A DNA stretch of 63,896 nt, filler included, from Octopus bimaculoides (lineage: Eukaryota), in assembly GCF_001194135.2 (NCBI RefSeq). It is 8 parts of 7 records of this genome, joined end to end, with 100 filler letters (N's around TTAATTAATTAA, not from the genome) between each part and the next. Parts side by side here need not be neighbours in the genome. Positions count along the whole stretch, not along the records: positions 1 to 14,643 come from NC_068985.1; positions 14,744 to 37,445 come from NC_068983.1; 6 more parts are not named here. One strand, given 5' to 3'. Of the stretch, positions 12,951 through 24,195 are shown one piece after another. The notes beneath the pieces were generated by a model. The model searched no databases, was not told the DNA's origin, and worked only from the letters and a program-made list of their open reading frames with translations. The number at the start of each line of letters is the position of its first letter. Positions within the stretch are counted from its first letter, which is position 1. Made by a program: the position numbers and the translations under genes.

Positions 12951-14504
12951 ATATATATTGTGTACTGTTTCGTGATGGTAAGATCAACAAAAAAAGTACT
13001 CCATCTGGTGAAAGATAAATAGTATTTAATAGACATAACGTGTTTATATGCTAGTAATAGATTCTTGTACTGAGAACATGCCAAAACGATGCACACCCTG
13101 TGTGCACATAAATTGCTTTGCAAAAAATTTGCACAGTCAAAACAATTTGATTCGCCCATCTGCCAGTTTTGAAGATAATCAAACCAAATTTTCATCATTT
13201 TGAGTATTTTTGCCAAATATGGTGAGAATCTGTTCAGCAATTTTCCAGTAATTTTGCAAACACACAGACAAATAGACAAAGACAAGTGACTACAATACCC
13301 TGCTTTCACTTATGCACACATGGTAATAAGGATAACTCAGCAGAGTTTATTGGAAAACATAAGCAAACAAAGTTTTATTAAAAACCTCAGCACATTTATA
13401 TAGGAGCTTCATTAGTTGCATGCAATGCCCTTATTTTTTTTCTGAATTTTTCAAACTGTAAAGGTAGTTTATGGACACCCTGTATATACAAGGTATGTGC
13501 ATGTGTATACATATATGCTATATGCACACATGCATGCATGTGTGTGTGTGTGTGTATGTGTGTGTGTGCATGTGTGCTTTTTGTTTAGTTTTTTCTGATA
13601 TATATTACTGGGTGTTGGCTAGGATACTGGAAAACTGGTACTTCTAAATAAAGATACCCTGTGTAGTATTTGTTCCACCAAGCTAGATACTACTATGGCA
13701 TTGGATTCAAACCTGCATTTTACCACATATGAATTTCAAATCACAATTCAATCACAGTTTGATTATGTCCACAACTGAGATTTTGTCCAATCAATGATTG
13801 TTGTTCACATGATAGCTCTTTAGCTTGTCTGGAAATTTCTATAGCAAAGCCTATAAATAGAGTCAATAAAGGTGCCAATTTCACAGTGTTGTGATGTCCG
13901 AGCTGTTATGTTGTTCTCCGCTCTCATTAATTTTAGAGTGTCTTGGGTTGAGGTTCAAATTACACACTCTCTATAGCTGTTCTAAAGACTATATATTCAA
14001 TCGGGGAAATTGAAGAAGATTTGATATGGCACCTGTATATTTGCTTATGTCAAAATCAGCTTAAGTGTTAAACTTTCAACAGACATTTTCCTTGCACATC
14101 ATATTATGCTATTTCCCCCTTACTGTTTCTATTAGTTGTAATGCATGAACATCTTTTCATACTAATGCAACACAATAAATAATGTTCAAATGTGATGTGA
14201 AATTACTACACAAACTTTTCTTTTAACTTGGTTTTATAAGGGAACAACATACAGCCTAAACAATATCCAATTATCCAACCAATCTTGTTGCACTACTTTG
14301 TCATTATAGCTATGTGGTGAAATGGTGATTGATTCACGATAACCAACAGCACTAGTGTTCACCAGTTGTGATATAAAATAGAATTAAAGAAAATAAAATC
14401 ATCACCACACAGTAATGATTTGTTTTACTGATGCATTTGAGGAACATGTAAAGAGATCTGAGCCTTGCACTCTAAAATAGTCTACCAATGACCAAGATCA
14501 CTTT

Positions 14505-14643
14505 CTTTTATTCTTTTATTCTTTTAATTGTTTCAGTCATTTGACTGCAGATATCAGACTTTTTTTCCAAACTGACATTGGTTGTCAAACGATGGTAGGG
14601 GGACAAACACAGATACAAAGACACACACACATAAATACATACA
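14505..14643 (-). mobile_element. SINE 3' fragment
   Basis: ttcttttattcttttaattgtttcagtcatttgactgc tail. Confidence 0.7.
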
Positions 14644-14687
14644 NNNNNNNNNNNNNNNNNNNNNNNNNNNNNNNNNNNNNNNNNNNN

Positions 14688-14699
14688 TTAATTAATTAA
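14688..14699. other. Artificial gap spacer TTAATTAATTAA (also 37490, 39512, 40952, 51774, 56987, 61095)
   Basis: Identical 12-mer centred in 100-bp N blocks; stop codons in all six frames. Confidence 0.95.
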
Positions 14700-14754
14700 N
14701 NNNNNNNNNNNNNNNNNNNNNNNNNNNNNNNNNNNNNNNNNNNTATATATATAT

Positions 14755-15668
14755 AAATCCCTGCTTGCGAAGACCCATTGAGGCAAGTGAAATCGAAATC
14801 GAAAATTGAACCAAATTCGTTGACTGGCACCCATGCCAACCTTCCTTCATTGGACACTAAACTCAGCTTGCAAAGACCTGTTGGGGCAAGTGAGATTGAA
14901 ACTGAACCAAATTCAATGACTGGCACCCATGCCAGTGGAGCGCTAACAGCATCATCCGAACAGGATCACTGCCAGAGCAACGGTCTTGCTTCCGTGCCGG
15001 TAGCACGTAAAAAGCACCATTTGAGCACGATCGTTTCCAGCTTCGCCTTACTGGCACTTGTGCCAGTGGCATGTGAACAAAACATTGGTTAGGGCAGTGA
15101 ACTCGCAGTTGTAGGATTGCGGTTTTGATTCCCAGACTGGGTGTTGTGAGTGTTTATTGAGCAGAAACACCTATAGCTCCACAAGGTTCTGGCAGGGAGT
15201 GGTGGTGAACCCTGCTATACTCTTTCACCACAATTTTCTCTCATTCTTTCTTCCTGTTTTTGTTGTACTTGCATTTCAAAGGGCCAGCCTTGTCACACTC
15301 TGCGTCATGCTGAATCTTCCTGAGAACTACATTAAGGGTACACATGTCTGTGGAGTCCTCAGCCACTTGCCCATTAATTTCATGAGCAGACTGTTCTGTT
15401 GATTAGATCAACTGGAACCATCGTCGTCATAACCAACAGAGTGACACGATGTGTGTATGTGTATATATATATATATATATATAAAAGCACCCACTACACT
15501 CTCGGAGTGGTTGGCGTTAGGAAGGGCATCCAGCTGTAGAAACTCTGTCAGATCAGATTGGAGCCTGGTGCAGCCTTCAAGCTTGCCAGTCCTCAGTCAA
15601 ATCATCCAACCCATGCTAGCATGGAAAGCGTACGTTAAACGATGATGATGATGATGATGATGATGATA
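14755..15668 (+). mobile_element. RTE 3' UTR with a ~105-bp internal duplication, interrupted by a SINE
   Basis: cttgc.aagacc...gactggcacccatgcca occurs twice. The element resumes at ~15483 with aaagcacccactacac...cgttaaac(gat)n. Confidence 0.8.
15090..15448 (+). mobile_element. SINE of a third family, sharing its 3' body with 57117-57438
   Basis: tttcaaagggccagccttgtcaca...gatcaactggaacc..cgtc...gagtg shared with 57265-57438. Confidence 0.7.
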
Positions 15669-15992
15669 TATGCAATTATATATAAACACACACACATCAT
15701 CTTTTTCTAAACAATGACCCTGAAGTGACTTTATATATAAGGGAACTGTGAAATGTATAAGAGAAAAAATATATATAAGCCAAAACAATTTGTTGGCCTC
15801 TTATGGTTTTTATAATTATTTATGTTATATAATATTATGTTATGTTATATTGTATTCATAGTATTTAATGTAATATTGTAATGTAAATAAATTATTGGAT
15901 TGTCAATAGTATGTCTTTATATTTAATTTATCTTTATACTTGAATTATACCAATATTTATATGGTATGCGTTTGTACTGGTTTTAGCTTTGA

Positions 15993-16160
15993 GGTTTTAG
16001 GGTTAGGGTTAGGGTTTTAGAGTTAGGGTTAATGTTAGGGTTTTAGGGTAAGGGAATCAAGCCAACAAAATAGCTGAAAAAAAGGGCTTCCAAACCCTAA
16101 CCCTAACTCTAAAACCCTATCCCTGATCCTAAAACCCTAACCCTGACCCTAAAACCCTAA
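15993..16160. repeat. Head-to-head telomere-like arrays (TTAGGG/TTTTAGGG)n - spacer - (CCCTAA/CCCTAAAA)n
   Basis: Directly visible; both arms show a 20-bp period ttttaggg-ttaggg-ttaggg. Confidence 0.9.
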
Positions 16161-16169
16161 TCACACACA

Positions 16170-16620
16170 GTGATCTTCGTAGAGAGGGAGCCTCATTCTC
16201 TTCTCCTCCTCCTTCATTGTCCTATGAAGCGACAGTTCTGCTAACATCTAAGACGCGATGTGGCATTCCATCCATAGAAATGTTGGGAATTAACAGCTGT
16301 CACTGTTCCTCTGTTCCATTGAGATGTGCAACGTGCCTTCAGGGGCTTCACCCAGACTTCCTCACCCACCTGCATGAAGGCAGACCCTCTCTCTTCCACA
16401 AGGCATTCTGATGGTTTAATTGGATGCCGCCATTCATATCTGAATATCACTCTGTGTGGTACTGACTCTTCAGCCTGTCCTGATCAGGACAACATGTACC
16501 ATAATACTGCTTCCAGCAGTGAGATGCACCCCTCTCCGCCATGGCCTTGATCTTATGGATCCAGGCAACTAAATCTCCTTCACCATGATTCTTATCTTCA
16601 CTGCCATCTCGTGGAAGGAG
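16170..16620 (-). mobile_element. Internally deleted Ty3/Gypsy LTR retrotransposon remnant
   Basis: Integrase C-terminus IKAMAERG..AVLWY..VPHRVIFRYEWRHP..VGEEVWVKP..ARCTSQWNRGTVTAVNS..LRRS, preceded directly by gag-like GEGDLVAWIHK. Confidence 0.75.
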
Positions 16621-18639
16621 ACAACAATGATGGAAAAATATATTTATGCATGAGAGCCAAAACAGCTTGTGGTATGAGGGAACTGTAATGTGGGGAAATA
16701 TAAAACAGTTCACCTACATCTCACTGTTGGCTGCCCAACTGTGCTAAGTCCAAATACGTGCCCTACCCATATCACCTAATGTTAGCAGCTGCTACTATCA
16801 ATCCCGCTAGCTTGCTCCACTGACGTCTGTTCGTGATGACTGCAGCAAGCTGTAAAAGTGTAAAAGGATGACCCTGGTCTTGCTTCCCTCATTTCCTCTC
16901 TCCTCCTTCCTGTTCTGCTCAGGCCCTTTGACCACTGATGTCACAGTTCTTTCCTTCCAGCTCATCTCATCCTCACAAATACAAAATCCAGAATTTTAGA
17001 AGACTGTACTTAAGTACTTCAGTACTTCACTGGTGGTAGGATCTTCACCTTGGTTCAGTCATTGAGAGCAAAACTTTAGAGAATTTTGCTTGTCATATTC
17101 TTTCTTCTGAAATGATTTTGCTAATGTGATAAGTGAACATAGTATCGTTAGTCATCATGAGCTGGAGAACTCTAAATGAAGTCATTTACCTTTCAACAAT
17201 ATTGTCAGAGAATTTTTTCCTTAGCAATGTTTTATGACTAAAAACTGAATATGTTTGTGAAGTTATTTCAACAATTACTTCTGCTAAATCTTCCAGGTCT
17301 TTTGTTATTGTAGTTAAGTCTTGAAGGCTGAAAAGTTTTTCTTTGATGAATTATGAAAAAAATGTTTAGAGTTAGCAATGTTAATAATCTCAGATAACAT
17401 GTGTGAGTATTTGTGAAGAATGTTCTGTTTACCTTTGCAAAAATTCAGTGTTGAGCATCATTTTAACTATTTGTCCCCCAATTGTTGACTTACTCTTGTT
17501 CTTTTATGTTGATTTTGATTAGCTCCCAGTCCTGAATAACATCATCAAATGTCAAATTCAAATGTCACTGATTATTTATCGATATCTGTATTAAACAAAA
17601 GTTGAAACACTGAAACATTGGGCTAAGAGGCATTCTATATATAGTTCATATTTAGTTCTGATTCTAAATGTTTTGATTTCAACCCATTTATTAGATCAAT
17701 GAAATAAGTATAAGCCATGCACAAGGCTCAATTCCAGAAACAAAACTCTTCTCTGACGAACTTGATTCATTGTACCTCTTTATGCTTGTAATGAAAGAGA
17801 TAAAGGAATAAATCCAAGTCATAGGAGAGAAGGCAGTGACTTTATGTGAGATGCTGATAGAAATGATTTTAATTTAGATATATTTTACAAGGAACCTAGA
17901 GTTAAAAAAGAGGAAACAAACAAACAAAATATACAATCATTTGTCTCCTTTATGCATGACTGCTAAAATATTTGATAGAGGGAGAGAACATATTTAGCTG
18001 CATTCTATGTAGTAACTTTAGAAAAAAATCTTAAAAAATGAAGTTATTTAAAAAAAATCACTGTTTAAACAGTTGCAAGAAAATAAAGTTAAATATATGG
18101 AGAATAACTTTGATGCTCCACAATTCTCAATTAATACATTGAGAATCAAGACGGCTAACAGGAAAACTAATTGTAATTATCTCAGGTTTGTCTTGCAAAA
18201 AAGAAGTAAATTCTTGACTGTAAGATGCAACTGGTGTGCCACAAGCAAAGGAAATTCATGAAACAACCCAAGAATATTACATTGAAGAAATTATTATGAG
18301 TTTTGTTTATGATATCACAAGCTCATATTCTGGATTACACCACAGTGCCTGTAAGCTTCTGGTGGAACAGCTTAAAAGAAGAGGTTTTGGATCACCTGTT
18401 GGCAATACCTTTAACAGATTGTTTTAAATAGTGTGCATTCAACTATTTTGTAGAGTAACATCTCCAAAATGTCAATAATTTTTTGGATTAAGTTGGAAAA
18501 CAGGTAAATTGAAATTGCATTGAGTGCTGCCTGTATGTTGTAGTAGTAAATATACATTCTATTATGTCAAGATTGTTCTCACAAATTAAAAACAAAATAT
18601 ATAGTTATGTTTTAATAGGTCCATTGCCACAAAACTAAT

Positions 18640-18915
18640 TTGGCACGTACTGGTGCAATGTAAAAAGCACCCATGTTGATGCCACCTAAAATGCATTTGC
18701 ACATGTACCACATAAAAATCACCTGTGCTGGTGCCATGTGAAAAGCACCCAGTATATCCTGTAAAGTGGTTAGTGTTGGGAAGGGTATTCAGTCATAGAA
18801 ACCGTGCTGCAACAGACAACTGGAGCCAGGTGAAGTTCTCAAGTTTGCCAGCTCCTGTCAAACTGTCCAACTCATGCCAACATAGAGAATGGATGTTAAA
18901 TGATGATGATCATAA
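18640..18915 (+). mobile_element. Decayed RTE 3' UTR/tail
   Basis: aaaagcaccc...ggaagggtattcagtcatagaaa...ggatgttaaatgatgatgat. Confidence 0.75.
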
Positions 18916-19275
18916 TGATGCCTCTAGGTGGTGGTAATACCTTGTTCACTTTCATGAAAAATTGCTTGATTATTTTTTTTATTAAACTTTATGATTATTT
19001 TATAAAACATAATAGGTATATATCAATGAAATTGTCATTTTTCTTTCTGCACATAATGAAACAAACAGAAAAAACTGATGAGGTTATAATGCCAAGAAGT
19101 TGAAAAACACTGATGTTAAACCTTGCCCCACCCTGCTGTGAATCTATATATCAATAAATTAATCTGATATTTGACATGTTTATCACCAGATAAACAGTAG
19201 AGCAACTTAAAATTTAAATTTTTCAAAAATAGTATATTTAATACATACATACATACTTACATATATACACGCATA

Positions 19276-19464
19276 CCTAACTATGCTTCATCCCAAATAA
19301 TTGTCTATGTAGGTATATCAGTGTGTATATGTATGAGGTGCATGTATGAATGTGTGTATATGTAAAGGATAATATGTATGGGTGTATACATAAATATATA
19401 AATGTATATACTCAGACACTCATACACCTTCATAGACAATTATTTGGGATGAAGCATAGCTAGG
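19276..19464. repeat. 34-bp inverted repeat around a microsatellite-like spacer
   Basis: cctaactatgcttcatcccaaataattgtctatg (19276-19309) vs 19431-19464, 1 mismatch. Confidence 0.9.
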
Positions 19465-19929
19465 TTGTCAAAAAGTTTCACTGATAACCACATGGTTCTG
19501 AATTTAATCTCACATTGCTGCACCTTGAGCAAATGATTTCTATTAAGATCTTGTGAGTAAAATCTGTTAGAGGGAAGCTGTTCCATTTATTTCTGCAAAC
19601 TTGCTTGAGTGGGATGGTGTTTTGCTATGTCATTGTTTTAAATCCCTACTGTTAACCACTCAATTCAGAAGTAGGAGTGTTTTTACTTTTTGTGACACAA
19701 AGTGGAACACTATTTAAATGCTAGGACTCAAGAGGATAACAAAATACCAGCAGTAAGGTTTTAGTTTATGTTCACATGATTAGTAGTTCAACCAATCTAA
19801 TCTCATAGGCAAGGTGTTATGAGATAATGCAATTAAATTATCTAAATATTCATGAAGCATATGTATATTGAGTTCTAACACCAAGTCATTAGTATTGCTA
19901 TGCTTAAGTGAAATAATATAATATAATAT

Positions 19930-20262
19930 AATTTCTTTTTATGGGCGACCGTTGTGCGTGCAGCATCGTTATTTCTCCCTGTGCCTGTGAAATCTTGTAT
20001 CCCGTCTGTAAGGCCTTATTTCCATATACGCCAGCTTAATTTTATTCGTCCTTAGTCAAAAGACATCTGTTGTTTTGTCCAGTTATTGTTCCTACTGTAT
20101 TTGTGTAACATTGTTTGTTTTTTCCCGTCCTTGTTTTTGTATACATTCGCTGCTTTCGTCCAAGGAACTAATGCTCTTAGCTTAGTTTTTTCCTTGGGGC
20201 TGGCCAGATTGGAGCAATATCGAGAATAACCAGTCGAAATTGCAAAGATAATCTGATATATG
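19930..20262. repeat. Unclassified interspersed repeat abutting the PLE 5' end (possible pLTR of another PLE family)
   Basis: Strand-biased, CpG-retaining segment next to (TA/ATA)n that joins abruptly to PLE RT sequence. Confidence 0.35.
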
Positions 20263-20289
20263 ACAACGAATATCTAGATAAGCACGACC

Positions 20290-21760
20290 TTAGATGTTTC
20301 TGCCCTAGTAGACGTTTAAGAGGTAGACCACCCACAATTACTTCTATGGCTAGGAAGACCCTTATAGAAAGATGGAGCGGATGGACCAGAGCCATATGGA
20401 CCCTTGCAAATGTTCATCAGGTAAAGAAAATGATCACACATGCACTAGGAGCTAGTATAAGAGTTACCCTAAAAGGCCACACGTTTAAGTTTAACAACAA
20501 AATATATGCCCAGGACGAGGGGCAGCCATCGGTGTTAGTATCGCCGGTGATGTGGCCAACCTTTTCATGGTATGGTGAGACTTGTGAACATGTACTCTCA
20601 CTATGTAGATGATATCAACGTAGTGATAAAGACACCCCCACAAGAGAGTACTCTTGAAATAGAAATAGAAACTAATACTATGGAGCAAATAGCTAACTCC
20701 ATCCACCAGAGTATTAAGGTCACGATAGACTACCCTACTAAACACCCTAACCATGGACTACCAGTACTAGATACAGAACTCTGGCTGGAAACTGAGAATA
20801 ATAAAACCCAAATCCTTCAACAACACTATGCCAAACTTATGGCCTCCAAATACCTGATCCACCGGAACTCAGCTATCGTGGACAATGCCAAATTCAATAT
20901 ATTGATGGCAGACCTCGTCAGAGTAATGCAAAATGTGTCCCGCATGTGCGACCCTACAGAGTTAAAGAGACATATACAACATTTCGTTCACCGCATGCAG
21001 TTCTCAGGTTACAGCCATAAAGAAAGGATCAGAGTATACAAAGGAGCTATGAGGAAATTTGAAACTATCAAGCGTAACGATAGGAATGGAATTTGCCGAC
21101 TTTATAGGAGCAAGTCATGGAACACCATTGAAAGGATTAAGAAGAAAATAGGGAAGGCTAACTCATGGTATGATAGCCACAAATACCAGAGTGTTATGTT
21201 CGTCGACACCACCCCTTACAGGCGAAATGGCGTACCGCTTTAGAAGGGCCCTAGACAAACTTAAGCTAAGAATTAAGGTTGTTGAAAGGCCAGGCAATGC
21301 TATCAAATCCCTTATCGGTAGAACCTACCCTTTAAGTAGAACCCCCTGTACTGATAGGAACTGTACTGTATGTAGATTTAGCCCACAAACAAACTGTAAA
21401 GCCAGAAATGTAGTCTACAGTATAAGATGTACAGAGGGACAATGCAGTAACAAGACAATGACATACGTAGGGGAAATGGCACGGAGCATAGGAGAGTGGG
21501 TAAATGAATATTGGAGGGAACTTAAGGAAGAGAAGAGCTCATCAGTTCTGTACCAGAACACTGAGCAGGAACACGGAGGCTCACTCAACAACATAGAAGT
21601 TAAAATCTTGTCCACACATAGAACAGATGCAACGCTTAGACAAACTACAGAAGTTACATACATAATAGAAGATAAACCTAGCCTGAATAGGAAACTGGAA
21701 TGGAATACTAGCACATACCCCCAACACACCACAACATATGACAGAATAAAATCCCCATAA
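20290..21760 (+). pseudogene. PLE RT-GIY-YIG ORF pseudogene
   Basis: ORF pieces 20346-20612, 20572-21243 and 21170-21760 are consecutive frames of one PLE protein. Confidence 0.88.
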
Positions 21761-22120
21761 ACTGATAACAATATGAACAAAATATAATACAATACACAGA
21801 TAAACAAATGGAATTAAATAAATATAGACGTTAACAAAATTAAATTAAATTAAATACAAAAAAAAGAAAGAATAATAAAAAATAATAATAAGTAGGTATA
21901 AACACATGAACAAATAAATAAAAACAAATTAAACGGACGTGTATAAACAGGGGATACAGATAATACAGGCACTCCCCAAACACACACACGCACTTACTAA
22001 ACATAGACACACATAAAGAGATATGCATGTGCAAATAAAGACACATACAATAGGAATACAAAATACAAAATGGTTGATTGTTAGTAAGGAAAGACACACA
22101 AATAGGAAAGAAGAAAGCAA

Positions 22121-22165
22121 AGGACCACTGATGAGGTCACAGAAGTGTGACGAAAGAACGAAATA
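22121..22165 (+). ncRNA. Partial hammerhead-like motif in the PLE 3' region
   Basis: CTGATGA-g-GTCAC-agaagt-GTGAC-GAAA. Stems I and III cannot be reconstructed by eye. Confidence 0.45.
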
Positions 22166-22312
22166 CGTGTGACAAAATAAGTGTTATGAAAGAACGAAAT
22201 ACGATTAATGTAAAATAAAGCTGAAGCAAATTAATACCAAATATATAGTACATGTGTTTTTATTGGCTAAACTGGCAACATGACCATCCCCAAATACAAC
22301 AATATATATATC

Positions 22313-22650
22313 ATCATCATCATCATCGTTTAACGTCCGCTTTCCATATTAGCGTGGGTTGGACGATTTGACTGAGGACTGGCAAGCTAGAAGGCTGTAC
22401 CAGGCTCCAATCTGATCTGGCAGAGTTTCTACAGCTGGATGCCCTTCCTAACGCCAACCACTCAGAGACTGCAGTGGGTGCTTTTACGTGCCACCGGCAT
22501 GAGAGCCAGTCACATGGTACTGGCAACGGCCATGCTCAAAAAGGTGTTTTTTATATGCCACCTGCACGGGAGCCAGTCCAGCGGCACTGGCAACGGCTTC
22601 GCTCGAATGATTTTCTAACGTGCCACCAGCACAAGTGCTAGAAGGGACTC
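22313..22650 (-). mobile_element. RTE 3' UTR/tail
   Basis: (cat)n-cgtttaacgtccgctttcc...gtgccaccggca sub-repeats. Confidence 0.85.
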
Positions 22651-22682
22651 TGATTACGATTACGCTCATATATATATATATG

Positions 22683-22714
<32 letters not shown>

Positions 22715-23199
22715 TAATATTTTACATCATATTTTTACATTTATAGGCATTTTTATGGACCATGTCCAATATTTGTGGTTTTTCACTATTTGTAGGTACT
22801 ATAGGAATGTAATCCCCATGAATACCGGGGGACTATTGTATTATTCTTTTACCTCAACAAAATTTATCTGTCCCATGCCATCATGAAAAAGTGGACATTA
22901 AAGTGATAATGATGATGATGATAATGATGTTAGTTCTCAGAACAATAACATTTTAAAATTCCTTATCTGATGTTATGAGATTATCCCTGTCCCAATTTCA
23001 AAATAAACTGTTGCAATGGCATGTTTTCAATATAACATATTTGAAAGTGGAGTTGTTCCCTGTTTACATAAATACACACACACACAGACACATATATGGA
23101 TAATAATTGGCATTAGATTATCATTTATACTTATGAGAAAGCCAGCTAGAATTTTGAAATTCTACAAATTTTAAGCTCAGTTTTGTAACAAACAGTCCA

Positions 23200-23590
23200 C
23201 ATTGTTGAAGTTGTAAAAAAGAGCCATATTGTGAGATTTGCAAAATATCACTGACCAAATAAGTGAAATAGATTGACTTGATATCATCGTTAAAAAATAT
23301 GAAAAACAGGATGTGTCTACTTACAGAGATGACCTTCCTTTTAAACAACAATTTCTTTTTAAGACAAATTAAGTATAAAAATTTGGAAATAGAAATGTAG
23401 AAATTACAGTACATACACAGTCTTAATAGTAACTATTTTAATTGGTTTAATTAAAAAGAATTGACCAATATACCTATGAAAATGTTTACTAAGCCCAAGA
23501 TTACTGAAATACAAAATATTCTTAGTGGAAGCATTTACATCAATCAGTTAAGCATTACTCAAATGACAACTCAGTTGAAAACTACTATGT
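23200..23590 (+). pseudogene. Old decayed PLE reverse-transcriptase fragment
   Basis: DQISEID*LDIIVKKYEKQDVSTYRDDL resembles the PLE YRDDGL motif; MFTKPK...YINQLS resembles the downstream PFRKPN..YINKLSNHP region. Confidence 0.5.
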
Positions 23591-23641
23591 ATTTACATTA
23601 TTTACATTTGACAGATATTTGTCCTCATCTTGTTTGTTGTT

Positions 23642-23688
23642 AACACAACGTTTCAGCTGATATATCCTCCAGCCTTCATCAGGTGTCT
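23642..23688 (-). ncRNA. Minimal type I hammerhead ribozyme
   Basis: Minus strand: GACAC CUGAUGA A GGCUG gaggauauau CAGCU GAA ACGU U GUGUU. Stem I GACAC/GUGUU, stem II GGCUG/CAGCU, palindromic ACGU stem III, GUU cleavage triplet. Confidence 0.7.
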
Positions 23689-23835
23689 TGGGGAAATTTC
23701 AAACCTGGGTTCTCATTCCTAAGGTATTTTTCGATGCTATTATTATTATTATTATTATTCAGGTCACTGCTTGGAATTGAACTCAAAATCTTGGGGTTAG
23801 TAGCCCGTGCTCTTAACCGTGGGCAATTATGGAGA

Positions 23836-23976
23836 GAACACCACTGGAAAATATGAAAACTAAAAGCAGCAGCACATATGCTAGGACACAACAACCTCCT
23901 AAGCAGACCGAATGCAGATATGAGCAGCATATGGGAACCAGTATTAAGGAAGGATAGAAAAATATTAGATTTATAA
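23836..23976 (+). pseudogene. C-terminal fragment of a PLE GIY-YIG endonuclease ORF
   Basis: W-K-I-(R>*)-K-L-K-(E>A)-A-A-H...LSRP...IWEP resembles the conserved PLE C-terminal Arg/Glu helix. The TGA is plausibly CpG decay of CGA. Confidence 0.65.
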
Positions 23977-24005
23977 GCCCTAAAATTCACTCCATAATTG
24001 CCCAT

Positions 24006-24078
24006 GGGCATATGGCGTAGTGGTTAAGAGTGCGGGCTACTAACCCCAAGATTCTGAGTTTGATTCTAAGCAGTGACC
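24006..24078 (+). promoter_or_regulatory. tRNA-derived head with Pol III A and B boxes
   Basis: A box TGGCGTAGTGG (24013-24023), anticodon-like arm cggg-ctactaa-ccc, B-box-like gagtttgattc (the left arm has gagttcaattcc). The 3' half resembles tRNA-Arg. Confidence 0.75.
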
Positions 24079-24151
24079 TGAATAATAATAATAATAATAA
24101 CAATATAGAAAAATACCTTAGGAATGAGAACCCAGGTTTGAAATTTCCCCA

Positions 24152-24195
24152 AGACACCTGATGAAGGCTGGAGGGTATATCAGCAGAAACGTGTT
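24152..24195 (+). ncRNA. Second, partly decayed copy of the hammerhead
   Basis: agacac CTGATGA aggctg gagggtatat cagca GAAAC gtgtt; 3-nt deletion at the cleavage site and a C>A change in stem II. Confidence 0.55.

Larger units (their letters stand above)
20265..22200 (+). mobile_element. 5'-truncated Penelope-like element (RT + GIY-YIG endonuclease + A/C-rich 3' region)
   Basis: HTFKFNNKIYAQDEG, YVDDINV, LPVLDTELW, YAKLMASKYLIHRNSA, FSGYSHKER; then CKARNVVYSIRC..C..TYVGEMARS...RQTTE...PSLNRKLEW. Frameshifted. Confidence 0.92.

Noticed and set aside
13070-13330. Possible non-autonomous Helitron/DINE-like end
   Set aside because: Only a vague resemblance; no diagnostic termini identified.
18225-18427. 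63-aa ORF (…CKLLVEQLKRRGFGSP…)
   Set aside because: No recognisable homology or convincing splice pair.
20195-20245. ggctgg/ccagtc-GAAA stem resembling HHR stem II
   Set aside because: No CUGANGA core upstream.
24006-24078. tRNA gene
   Set aside because: Acceptor and T-arm pairing are broken and the sequence is embedded in a repeat; a tRNA-derived head, not a functional tRNA.
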